Shown piece after piece: positions 37,689 to 46,226 of a stretch of 64,000 bases of DNA (positions are counted from its first letter, which is position 1; each line of letters opens with the position of its first letter). The position numbers and the translations under genes were made by a program. Source of the stretch: an uncultured delta proteobacterium. GTDB lineage: Bacteria; Desulfobacterota; Binatia; Binatales; Binataceae. Location of the stretch: NCBI GenBank assembly GCA_963810495.1, contig CAWENP010000027.1, positions 23,139-87,138 on the forward strand. Direction: 5' to 3'. The notes beneath the pieces were generated by a model. The model was not told where the DNA came from. It worked only from the letters and a program-made list of their open reading frames with translations, and did no database searches.

Positions 37689-39467
37689 ATGTCCGCGACG
37701 CCGCCTGCGCTACCCGCACTACCCGCGCTCCTGGCCGAGCGCAACCGGCCGCTCCGCCTGTTGGTCTGCGCGATTCTCGCGGCGATCCTTTATCTGCCCG
37801 CACTCGGCCGGCCTGCGCTGTGGGAGCCCGACGAGGGACGCTACGCGGAAATCGCGCGCGAGATGGTCCTCGCGCACGACTACGTGACCCCGCGCGACAA
37901 CTGGGTGCGCTATTTCGAAAAGCCGCCGCTCGTCTATTGGGCCGAGGCGCTGTCGATAAAGCTGCTCAGCGCCAATGAGTTGGCCGTGCGTCTGCCGGCC
38001 GCGCTCGCGAGCGTGGCCGAGGTCGTCGTGACTTCGGCGCTGGGCGAGGCGATGTTCGGTGCGGCGGTGGGACTCGCCGCCGCGATGGTCCTCGGACTCT
38101 CTCCGCTGGTTTTCGGCTTCGCCCGTTTCGCCACGCTCGATCCTGCGCTCGCGCTTTTCATTACCGCGGCGCTCGGCGCGTTCTGGGCCGCGGCCAGCGC
38201 GCCGGGCTTTGACAGCGCGGCGGGGCGCCGATGGTTCCTGCTGTCGGCGGCGATGGCCGCCGCGGGCACGCTGACCAAGGGCCCGGTGGCGTTGGCCTTG
38301 ACGGGGGCGGTCGGGCTCGCCTGGCTGCTCTCTGAGCGGCGCGCGCGGGAGCTTCTCCGGATGCCGTGGCTGGGCGCGATCGCGATCTATACGGCAATCG
38401 CCGCGCCATGGTTCGTGCTCGCGGCGCGGCGCAATCCGGAATTTCTGCGCTTCTTTTTCATCCACGAACACGTCGAGCGCTATCTGGAAAACGCCGAGCA
38501 CGGATGGGGTCCGTACTTTTTCGTGGTGGTGGTGATAGCCGGGATGTGGCCGTGGATCTTTTTCGTCCCGATGGGCGTGCGCGAACTGATGCGTCCGCGG
38601 AGCGGCGGCGATGAAGCCGAGGCGCCCGGGCGGCGGCCCGATCCGCGAGCTTCGCTCGCCTTTTTGCTCTGGTGGTTCGGGATCATCCTGGTCTTCTTCT
38701 CGATCCCGCGCGCCAAGCTCGGCTCGTACATCCTGCCCGCCCTTGCGCCGCTCGCGATCGTGGCCGGCTATGCGCTCTGCCGCCTGCCTCGACTCGAAGT
38801 ATCGAGCCTGCGCAGGCTCTTCGGCACGCTCGCGCTGCTCAACCTCGCCGCGACCGCCGCAATCGCGATCGCGCGCGCGTATTTCGCTTCGCAGGCCCAC
38901 TCCGCGCTCCTCGCCGACGCGCTTGCCGCCACGGCCGCGCTAACAGCGGCGTCCCTCGCGTGCCTTGCGATCGCATGGCGCGGAAACAACGTCACGGCCG
39001 CGATCGGTGCGCTGGCGCTCGGCGCCGTGGTGGCGCTGAGCGTGATGGGCAAGGCGCGGATGGACGCACAACCGCTGGGCTCGTATCGCGAACTCGCGCA
39101 CGCGATTGTCCCGTACCTCGCTCCCGGATGTCGCCTGGCCTCGTATCGCCATTTCGTCCAATCGCTCCCATTCTATACCGGCTATCGCGAGGCCCTGGTC
39201 GATTATCGCGGAGAGTTGGCGCCGTTCGGCCTCGGCCCCGACGCGCGCGAGAGCTTTATCGCAACCGACGCCGGCCTCGCGCAGCTTTGGCATGGCCCGG
39301 GATGCGCCGTGCTGGTGGTCAATCAAAACGATCTCCCGCACGTCCGCGCGCTGCTGGGTTCAGGGACGACGGTCGTCGGATGCGAGGGCAAAAAACTCGC
39401 GCTCTACAACCGGGCGATCACCGAACCGGCCGGGGCGCGCCTCTGCACGCCGGATCCGCCCCCTTGA
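37689..39467 (+). CDS. arnT: GT83 Ara4N transferase ArnT-like
   Basis: LWEPDEGRYAEIAREM, YFEKPPL, TKGP, APWF, K..SYILP; many TM segments. Confidence 0.82.
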   Translation: MSATPPALPALPALLAERNRPLRLLVCAILAAILYLPALGRPALWEPDEGRYAEIAREMVLAHDYVTPRDNWVRYFEKPPLVYWAEALSIKLLSANELAVRLPAALASVAEVVVTSALGEAMFGAAVGLAAAMVLGLSPLVFGFARFATLDPALALFITAALGAFWAAASAPGFDSAAGRRWFLLSAAMAAAGTLTKGPVALALTGAVGLAWLLSERRARELLRMPWLGAIAIYTAIAAPWFVLAARRNPEFLRFFFIHEHVERYLENAEHGWGPYFFVVVVIAGMWPWIFFVPMGVRELMRPRSGGDEAEAPGRRPDPRASLAFLLWWFGIILVFFSIPRAKLGSYILPALAPLAIVAGYALCRLPRLEVSSLRRLFGTLALLNLAATAAIAIARAYFASQAHSALLADALAATAALTAASLACLAIAWRGNNVTAAIGALALGAVVALSVMGKARMDAQPLGSYRELAHAIVPYLAPGCRLASYRHFVQSLPFYTGYREALVDYRGELAPFGLGPDARESFIATDAGLAQLWHGPGCAVLVVNQNDLPHVRALLGSGTTVVGCEGKKLALYNRAITEPAGARLCTPDPPP

Positions 39468-39577
39468 AACGGGTACTTGGTTTCACAGCGCGCTAATTGT
39501 AAGTTTCTTCTGTTGTAAGTTTGTCTGTCGACGCGGCCCGGCGCGTCCTGCATCATTCGGCGGGAGGGGGACGGTGG

Positions 39578-40522
39578 ATGGCTGCCGCACGGGAAACCGA
39601 AGAAGCCGTGAATTCCGGGAGCGAGAGCGAGTCCGGAAACAAGGCCAAGTCCGGCCGCAAGTCTCGCGACGCGACCGAAGCCGCCAGCAATCAGGCCAAG
39701 CCTGACGGCGAAACCAAGCCCGCAGCGGCGATCAAAACCGAGAGCGCCGACGCGGCTCCGTCGTCTTCGTCCGCGGAAGCGCAGAAGGCAGGCGCTGACA
39801 GCGAGCCCAGCCTGGGCAAGACACTGGCCGCGGCACGCGAGCGGCGCGGCGTCTCGCGCGCCGACGTCGTCGCGGAGACCCGCATCCCCGCTCATTACCT
39901 CGAAATGATCGAGAGCAGCGACTACGGGCTCATCTCGGACCAGCTTTACCTGATGCCGTTTCTGCGCCGGTATGCCGCCTTTCTCAACCTCGATGGTGAA
40001 GAGGTCGCGATGCGTTTCGTGCGCGAGGTGCAGCGCGCCGAAGTGGCGGCGGTGCCGCGGATGTCCGAGCCGCTCGCCCTGCACGATCGCAAGCGCGCGC
40101 CTTGGGGACGCGTGGCCGCAGTGATAATCGTGCTCTCGGCGATTGTCGTGCTCTACATTATCGCCTCCGAGCACCATCGCGGTGAATTCGGTTTCCATCA
40201 GCCCTCGCCACCGGCCGCGCCCGCCGCGCCGAACGGCGCAATACCGCCAGCCGTCGCGCCTGCACCGATCGTCCCGCCTGCACCGATGGTCGCGCCTGCA
40301 CCGATGGCCGCGCCCGCACCGATGGCCGCGCCTGCACCGATGGCCGCGCCCGCACCGATGGCCGCGCCTGCACCGATGGCCGCGCCGGCGCCGCACGCCG
40401 CGGCTCCAGCGCAGATGCCCGGGACCAGCGTCGTTGGCGGTTCGACGGCGCGGGCCGCGAAGCGCCCGCGAAAGGCGCCTCCCTCGCGCGCGCCCGCGCC
40501 CGCCGACAGCACCGACGAATAG
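39578..40522 (+). CDS. RodZ-like HTH_25 membrane protein with Pro/Ala/Met-rich tail
   Basis: LGKTLAAARERRGVS...TRIPAHYLEMIE...FLRRYAAFLNLD; single TM; no DUF4115-like C-terminal domain. Confidence 0.78.
   Translation: MAAARETEEAVNSGSESESGNKAKSGRKSRDATEAASNQAKPDGETKPAAAIKTESADAAPSSSSAEAQKAGADSEPSLGKTLAAARERRGVSRADVVAETRIPAHYLEMIESSDYGLISDQLYLMPFLRRYAAFLNLDGEEVAMRFVREVQRAEVAAVPRMSEPLALHDRKRAPWGRVAAVIIVLSAIVVLYIIASEHHRGEFGFHQPSPPAAPAAPNGAIPPAVAPAPIVPPAPMVAPAPMAAPAPMAAPAPMAAPAPMAAPAPMAAPAPHAAAPAQMPGTSVVGGSTARAAKRPRKAPPSRAPAPADSTDE
40256..40381 (+). repeat. 7 x 18-bp coding tandem repeat (APAPMA)
   Basis: GCGCC(T/C)GCACCGATGGCC units; T/C alternates in the last five units, giving a 36-bp higher-order period. 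Confidence 0.92.
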
Positions 40523-40582
40523 CCGGGTGCGCGGCGAGATCACCGCGCGATACTCCAAAAAGGACGCTCTTAAACGCCGCTC

Positions 40583-41461
40583 CTAGTGGAGCACGCTGTT
40601 GGCGATTTCCTCTGCGATGAGTTTCCTGGCCTCGTGCGAGTCGAAGCCCGGATGCGCCACCGCGACGACGGTCAACTCACTGCCATCGCTCCCGGCCGTC
40701 ACGCGTACGACGAAAATCGTGTCATAGACGGCGCTCGCCTCGCGTTCATGTCGCGCCTCATCGAGCGGGCCGTTGCGCCGGTACGGCTGCATGTATGGCG
40801 GTATCGCCGAGCGCTGTTGCGCCATCGCCGGCGGCACCGGCCATTGCGTCATCGGCAACGGCGGACGGCTCATCGGAGCGGACTGCTGTTGCATCTGGCC
40901 CTGCTGCTCGTAACTGTTGACGTCGTTCTTGGAGTGCGCGTTGCCCTCGGCCGCGTCGGGGTCGCTGTCCTGATCCTTATCCTGATCCTGATCCTGCGCC
41001 GCCTGTTCCGGCAGCGGTGGTGCCTTGACGCCGGCCTGCTTGAGCAGCGCGACGGCATCGCCGTTTCCCGGCGCAACCTCGCTGAGCGACATCCCCGGCT
41101 CCAGCGCGCGATGCGTCAGCGTGGCGGTCAAGGTCAATTCCGAGGTCGCGCTGGCGCTGGCCAGCCGTCCCGCCACCTGGAGGTCCTGGCTCAGGACCTG
41201 TTGCAGCACGGGATCGGTCGCGATCACGCCGAGCGGAATTGTTGGCGGTACCGGCAGTTTTCCGCCGACCTTGACGACTATCTGGGGTGCGTCAACGGCG
41301 TGCGCGGGTTTTGCTCCAACGCATGCAAGCGTGGCGATCAGCGCGGCAAAAAAGATCGCATCGACGACGGCGGTGCTCCCGACCGATCGCAAGCGGTCGT
41401 GTCGCAAGCAGTCGTGTCGCAAGCGGTCCTGGAATTTCGCCGGCAGTCCTCGCATCGACAC
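40583..41461 (-). CDS. Hypothetical exported protein with QD and Q/P/M-rich insert
   Basis: Signal-like segment ending AHA; directly downstream of purE; true start uncertain. Confidence 0.55.
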   Translation of the reverse strand: MSMRGLPAKFQDRLRHDCLRHDRLRSVGSTAVVDAIFFAALIATLACVGAKPAHAVDAPQIVVKVGGKLPVPPTIPLGVIATDPVLQQVLSQDLQVAGRLASASATSELTLTATLTHRALEPGMSLSEVAPGNGDAVALLKQAGVKAPPLPEQAAQDQDQDKDQDSDPDAAEGNAHSKNDVNSYEQQGQMQQQSAPMSRPPLPMTQWPVPPAMAQQRSAIPPYMQPYRRNGPLDEARHEREASAVYDTIFVVRVTAGSDGSELTVVAVAHPGFDSHEARKLIAEEIANSVLH

Positions 41462-41480
41462 TCCCCGCGACGGTTCGTGA

Positions 41481-41975
41481 TCAGGGCAGCTTCTGCTGGA
41501 GCACTTCCTGCGCGCGCGCGGCCCGCCATTTGATCAATTGCTCGGCGAGGTCCTCGCGGCCGAGCGCGAGAATCGCGACCGCGAACAAGCCCGCGTTGGC
41601 GGCCCCGGCCTTGCCAATCGCCATCGTTGCCACTGGCACGCCTCGCGGCATCTGCACGATCGACAGCAACGAATCGATCCCGCTCAGCGCCGTCGTCGGC
41701 ATCGGCACGCCGATCACCGGCAGTATCGTCTTGGCCGCGATCACACCGGGTAGATGGGCCGCGCCGCCGGCGCCCGCGATCATCACCTGCAGGCCGCGCT
41801 CGACGGCCGATGCGGCATACTCCAACGTGAGGTCGGGCGTGCGATGCGCGGAGAGAACTCTTACCTCATGTGATACTTTAAATTCGGTCAGAGCCTCGAC
41901 CGCCGCCGACATGTGCTCCCAATCGCTCTTGCTCCCCATGACTATGCCGACCAGCGGCGATGCGGCCTGGCCCAT
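41481..41975 (-). CDS. purE: N5-CAIR mutase
   Basis: [35 protein letters not shown]. Confidence 0.96.
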   Translation of the reverse strand: MGQAASPLVGIVMGSKSDWEHMSAAVEALTEFKVSHEVRVLSAHRTPDLTLEYAASAVERGLQVMIAGAGGAAHLPGVIAAKTILPVIGVPMPTTALSGIDSLLSIVQMPRGVPVATMAIGKAGAANAGLFAVAILALGREDLAEQLIKWRAARAQEVLQQKLP

Positions 41976-42137
41976 CGGTAACTCCTTCGACGCATGCTTT
42001 CGACGAACGAGGCTTGTCCGCGCGGCGCATGGTTGTCAAGCCGCATCGGGACACGTAATCACTGTTAGGTCCGCGTTGCGTCTTAGGTCCGCGCTACGTC
42101 TGTAGTTTCGAGGGCCGCGACCGGCGCGGCCGCAACG

Positions 42138-43622
42138 ATGGCGACGCCGATACCGATCAACCAGTGCGCCTTCAGAGTCGACGAAGTCGCCGCCGCGACC
42201 GGCGGCGAGATGTTCGGCGCGCCTGACGCGACCGTGCGTGGAGTGACGAGCGACACGCGCTCGCTCGCCGCCGCCGCCCTGTTCGTGGCGCTTCGCGGCG
42301 CCGGGCGCGACGGCCATTCCTACGTGGCCGAAGCGGCGCGCCGCGGCGCGGCCGCCGCGCTGGTCGAGCGCGGCCGCCGTCTCCCTGACCTCGCCGGCCT
42401 TGCCGCAGTCGAAGTCGACGACACGCTCGCCGCCCTTGGCGATCTTGCGCGCCATCATCTGCGGCGCATCCGCGCGGCGCATCCGCTCGCGTGCGTCGCG
42501 ATCGGCGGCGCGGTGGGCAAGACCAGCACCAAGGAGCTCTGCGCAGCCGTGGTGCGTGCGCTCTTCGGCGAAACGCTGGCCACGCCGGGCAACCTCAACA
42601 ATCTTATCGGCGTGCCGATGACGATCTTTACGCTCACCGAGGGTCATCGCGCCGCCGTGCTCGAGTGCGGCACCAACACGCGCGGCGAGATTGTGCGCCT
42701 GGCGCGAATCGTCGAGCCCGACGTCGCCGCCGTGCTCAACGTCGACGTCGAGCACAGCGAGGGGCTGGGCAGCCTCGCGGAAATCGCCGACGAAGAGGCT
42801 GCGCTGTTCACCACCGCGCGCCGCGCGGTGGTGGCCTGCACCGAGGAGCGCCTCGTGATGGAGCGCATCCCGCGCGGCGCCGAGGTCGTGACCTTCGGCG
42901 CCGCGCCGGAAGCCGACGTGCGAATCGCGGCGCGCGTGCCGGCCGCGGCCGGCGCCGCGCGCTCGCGCGTGACGCTCGCACTCAGCCCGCGGCTCGTCGC
43001 CGCGGGCGCGCCGGCGCGGCTCGACGCCGCGCTGGCACTGCTCGGCGCCGCGGCGGCGCGCAATGCGGCGGCGGCCGTGGCGGCCGCCGCCGCATTGCGC
43101 GCGCGCCCGCTTACGGCGGACGAACTCGCCGCGGTCGCCCGCGCGCTCGAAAGCGTCGCACCGGTCGCCGGGCGTTTGCAGATGCGCACGCTCGGCGGCC
43201 TGCTGGTGATCGACGACACTTACAACGCGAACCCGCGCTCCGTGCGCGCCGCGCTGGACGCCGCGCACGAAAGTGCGCAGGCGCCCGGCGCGCGCCTGGT
43301 CGTCGCGCTAGGCGACATGCTGGAGCTGGGCGCGCTCGCGCCCGCGATGCATGCCGAGGTCGTCGCCGACGTGATACGGCTTGCGCCCGCGGCTTTCATC
43401 GCCGTGGGCCCGGAGATGAGCGCGGCCGCGGCCGCTGCGGCCGGTGACGCCGGCCGCAGCGGCGGCGTGCGAATCGCACCCGACAGCACGGCCGCCGCGG
43501 AGATGGTGTGCGCGCTCGTGCGCGCGGGCGACGTCGTGCTGGTCAAAGGTTCGCGGGGCATCCAGATGGAGCGCATAATCGAAGCACTCGAGGAACGGTT
43601 TGGAAGTCGCACTCAAAATTGA
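42138..43622 (+). CDS. murF: UDP-MurNAc-tripeptide--D-Ala-D-Ala ligase (divergent, displaced)
   Basis: DTR, DGH, GKTSTKE, GNLNNLIGVP, DDTYNANP, GDMLELG, LVKGSRG. Confidence 0.9.
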   Translation: MATPIPINQCAFRVDEVAAATGGEMFGAPDATVRGVTSDTRSLAAAALFVALRGAGRDGHSYVAEAARRGAAAALVERGRRLPDLAGLAAVEVDDTLAALGDLARHHLRRIRAAHPLACVAIGGAVGKTSTKELCAAVVRALFGETLATPGNLNNLIGVPMTIFTLTEGHRAAVLECGTNTRGEIVRLARIVEPDVAAVLNVDVEHSEGLGSLAEIADEEAALFTTARRAVVACTEERLVMERIPRGAEVVTFGAAPEADVRIAARVPAAAGAARSRVTLALSPRLVAAGAPARLDAALALLGAAAARNAAAAVAAAAALRARPLTADELAAVARALESVAPVAGRLQMRTLGGLLVIDDTYNANPRSVRAALDAAHESAQAPGARLVVALGDMLELGALAPAMHAEVVADVIRLAPAAFIAVGPEMSAAAAAAAGDAGRSGGVRIAPDSTAAAEMVCALVRAGDVVLVKGSRGIQMERIIEALEERFGSRTQN

Positions 43623-44505
43623 CGTCGACACGCATCGGGGACTCGAGGCCGGCGTGCCGCGTCTCGCGCGGATGCTCGCGGCCGAGGGCGTCGCGGCGAG
43701 CTTTTATATCGCGATGGGACCCGACAACTCGGGCCGCGCGGTGGTGCGCGTGCTGCGCAATCCCGGTTTCCTGAAAAAGATGCGCCGCACCGGCGCGATC
43801 AGAATGTATGGCCTGCGCACGGTGCTCTCGGGCACGCTGCTGCCAGCGCGGCCTATCGCGCTCGCGCTCCCCGACGTCGTGCGCGGCCTGGGACGCGCGG
43901 GCTTCGAGGTCGGCGTGCATGGCTGGGACCATGTGCGATGGCAGGATGGAATCGACAAGCTGGGCGAAGCCGGAATCCGCGCCGAGCTGGGCGAGGCGTT
44001 CGAGGCCTACCGCGCGATCTTCCGCGAACGGGCGCGCGGCTTCGCGGCCCCCGGATGGCGCACCAACGCGATCGCGCTCAGAGTGCTCGACTCGATGGAA
44101 CTCAGCTATCGCAGCGATACGCGCGGCAGGACGCCTTTTCGATGCCGCGTCGACGGCGAGATTCTCAAGACCCTCGAGATTCCGACCACACTCCCGACGT
44201 TGGACGAAGTGATGGGACGCGACGACCTGCCCGACGCGGCTGCAGTGCTGGAATTTTATCTGACGCAGTTCAATGCTGATCGCCTCAACGTCCATACCGT
44301 GCACGCCGAGACCGAAGGGATGGCCGAGTTGGAGAGTTTCACCAACCTGATTCTGGCGTTGAAGGCGCGCGGAGCGAAGTTCGTCCGCCTCGACGAGGTC
44401 GCGGCGCGCCTGGGTAATGCGGAACTGCCCGTATGCGAGGTGATGCGCGCGACGCTCCCCGGCCGCGCCGGATGGGTCGCTGCGCAAGGCCCCGACCCCG
44501 CCTAA
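43600..44505 (+). CDS. arnD: Undecaprenyl-P-Ara4FN deformylase ArnD-like polysaccharide deacetylase
   Basis: LKIDVDTHRG..GVPRL, GPDNSGR, HGWDHVRWQD, IPTTLPTLDE, HTVHAETEG; TTG start overlaps the murF end. Confidence 0.85.
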   Translation: MEVALKIDVDTHRGLEAGVPRLARMLAAEGVAASFYIAMGPDNSGRAVVRVLRNPGFLKKMRRTGAIRMYGLRTVLSGTLLPARPIALALPDVVRGLGRAGFEVGVHGWDHVRWQDGIDKLGEAGIRAELGEAFEAYRAIFRERARGFAAPGWRTNAIALRVLDSMELSYRSDTRGRTPFRCRVDGEILKTLEIPTTLPTLDEVMGRDDLPDAAAVLEFYLTQFNADRLNVHTVHAETEGMAELESFTNLILALKARGAKFVRLDEVAARLGNAELPVCEVMRATLPGRAGWVAAQGPDPA

Positions 44506-44553
44506 GTGGATGCCTCTTGAGGTGATCCTGAACGACGCGAGTCCCCTTCGTCG

Positions 44554-44602
44554 GTCATCCTGAGAGTTTGTGAATTTTTTGAGCGAAGCGGAAGTTTCGC
44601 TC
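44554..44602. repeat. Possible REP-like intergenic element or hairpin
   Basis: GTCATCCTGAG motif plus hairpin GAGCGAAGC-GGAA-GTTTCGCTC between convergent genes. Confidence 0.35.
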
Positions 44603-44614
44603 GGGACGCCGCAC

Positions 44615-45334
44615 TCAGAACTTCTCCTTAAACGGGCGCACGTCCAACTCCTGCGTCCACGCGCTGCGATGCTGATGCGCGAGGTGCCAGTAGGTCTCCG
44701 CGATCGCCGACGGCGCGAGCATGTCTTCCTGCTCGATATTGGGGCGCAGCTGATGGATGGCCGGCATGTCAATCGGGCCGTCTACATTTATGTACGCCAC
44801 GTGAATTCCCTGGGGCCCCAGGTCGCGCGCCATCACTTGCGCGAGCCCGCGCAACGCGAACTTCGCCGGCCCGAACGCCGCCGAAGTCGGAAACGGCTTA
44901 ATCCCCGCGGTCGCGCCGGTGAACAGGATCACGCCGCTTTTGCGCGCGAGCATCTCCGGGACCACAGCCTGCGAGCACAGAAACGCGCCGAAGGCGCCCA
45001 CGCGCCACGTGTTCTCGAAGGTGCTCGGCTTAGTCTCCATCAGCCGTCCGAACGGGCGCATCGCCGCGTTGTAGAGCAGCACGTCGGTTTCGCCGATCTC
45101 CTCGCGGATGCGCGCGAAGGCGGCTTCGATCTCGCCGGCCTTGCTCACGTCGGCCGGGACCGCGACCGCTTGTCCTCCCGCCGCCTTGATCTCGCCCGCC
45201 AATTCCTCGAGCTTGCCAGCGCCTCGCGCGACCAGCGCAACCGTGTAAGCGCTGGCGAATCTCCGCGCCAGCGCCGCGCCCAATCCCGCGCCGACGCCGA
45301 CCACCACGGCAACCGGTTTTTTCGCTTCCGCCAT
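44615..45334 (-). CDS. Short-chain dehydrogenase/reductase
   Basis: GVGAGLG, YNA, FTGATA, F..AKFALRGLAQ, WTQELDVRP. Confidence 0.9.
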   Translation of the reverse strand: MAEAKKPVAVVVGVGAGLGAALARRFASAYTVALVARGAGKLEELAGEIKAAGGQAVAVPADVSKAGEIEAAFARIREEIGETDVLLYNAAMRPFGRLMETKPSTFENTWRVGAFGAFLCSQAVVPEMLARKSGVILFTGATAGIKPFPTSAAFGPAKFALRGLAQVMARDLGPQGIHVAYINVDGPIDMPAIHQLRPNIEQEDMLAPSAIAETYWHLAHQHRSAWTQELDVRPFKEKF

Positions 45335-45383
45335 AGCTCTAACTCCTTGCTATCTCCTTGCGGTTTTCCTTGCGCGCCGCGCG

Positions 45384-45977
45384 CTATGAAAGCGCGCTCA
45401 GTGCCTGCTCGACAAACATCAGGCGATCGTTGCCCCAGAACATCTGGTCGCCGACGAAGAACGTCGGCGCGCCAAACGCACCGCGGGCGACCGCCGCTTC
45501 GGTCGACACGCGGAGCGCATCTTTGACCGCATGCTCCTCGGATGCCGCCGCGATCCGCTCGGCATCGAGGCCCGCCTGCTCCAGCACCTCGCGCACGACC
45601 GCCGTGTCACCGAGGTTGAGCCCGTCACGCCAGAATGCGTCGTAGATCGCGCGATGGTACGCCGGGAAGACGCCCAGGCGCTCGGCCGCGATCGCCCCGC
45701 GCATCAGCCGTATCGTGTTGATCGGAAAGTGCGCATTGTGGAGCGCCGGCACGCCGTAGTGCTTCGCCCAGCGCTCCAGGTCGACGTTCGAGTATTTTCG
45801 CTTGGCCTCGATTGCGATCGGCGAGGAGTTGCCGGTCTCCTTGAACACTCCGCCGAGCAGCATCGGCCGGTAGATCACGCGCGCGCCGGTGCGCTCGGCC
45901 AGTCCCTTGAGCTGGGTGTCCGCGAGATAACTGAAGGGGCTTCCATAGTCGAAGAAAAACTCGAGTTCCCTGGCCAT
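45384..45977 (-). CDS. 2-hydroxychromene-2-carboxylate isomerase / GST-kappa (DsbA-like) family
   Basis: FFFDYGSPFSYL, RPMLLGGVF, GAFGAPTF, FWGNDRL. Confidence 0.9.
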   Translation of the reverse strand: MARELEFFFDYGSPFSYLADTQLKGLAERTGARVIYRPMLLGGVFKETGNSSPIAIEAKRKYSNVDLERWAKHYGVPALHNAHFPINTIRLMRGAIAAERLGVFPAYHRAIYDAFWRDGLNLGDTAVVREVLEQAGLDAERIAAASEEHAVKDALRVSTEAAVARGAFGAPTFFVGDQMFWGNDRLMFVEQALSALS

Positions 45978-46015
45978 GTTTATTCCTCCGCGGGCGCCGG
46001 TCAGCGCTTATCCGT

Positions 46016-46079
46016 CAGTTGCATCATGCAACCATGTCGATAAGAGTTCATAGCACCATCGGGTTGCATGATGCAACTG
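46016..46079. promoter_or_regulatory. Twin palindromic operator GTTGCAT-N-ATGCAAC
   Basis: Perfect 18-bp IR CAGTTGCATCATGCAACC (46016-46033) / GGTTGCATGATGCAACTG (46062-46079) in a divergent intergenic region; each arm is itself palindromic. Confidence 0.72.
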
Positions 46080-46226
46080 GATTACTACGGTGGAGTTGCC
46101 CGGCGCCGTGACAACTTCGTTCGTCGTGAAGCGTTCTCCCACAATAGACCGCCTCGCTGCCGATATGTTATCTCTCAGACTCAAGCGTTTTCCGGCCGAG
46201 GAGAAACCAGCGAGGAGAAATCCACG

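Noticed and set aside
40256-40381. CRISPR array (also considered for repeats at 17738, 41387 and 59946)
   Set aside because: Units are directly tandem or too short, with no unique 25-45-bp spacers and no cas genes
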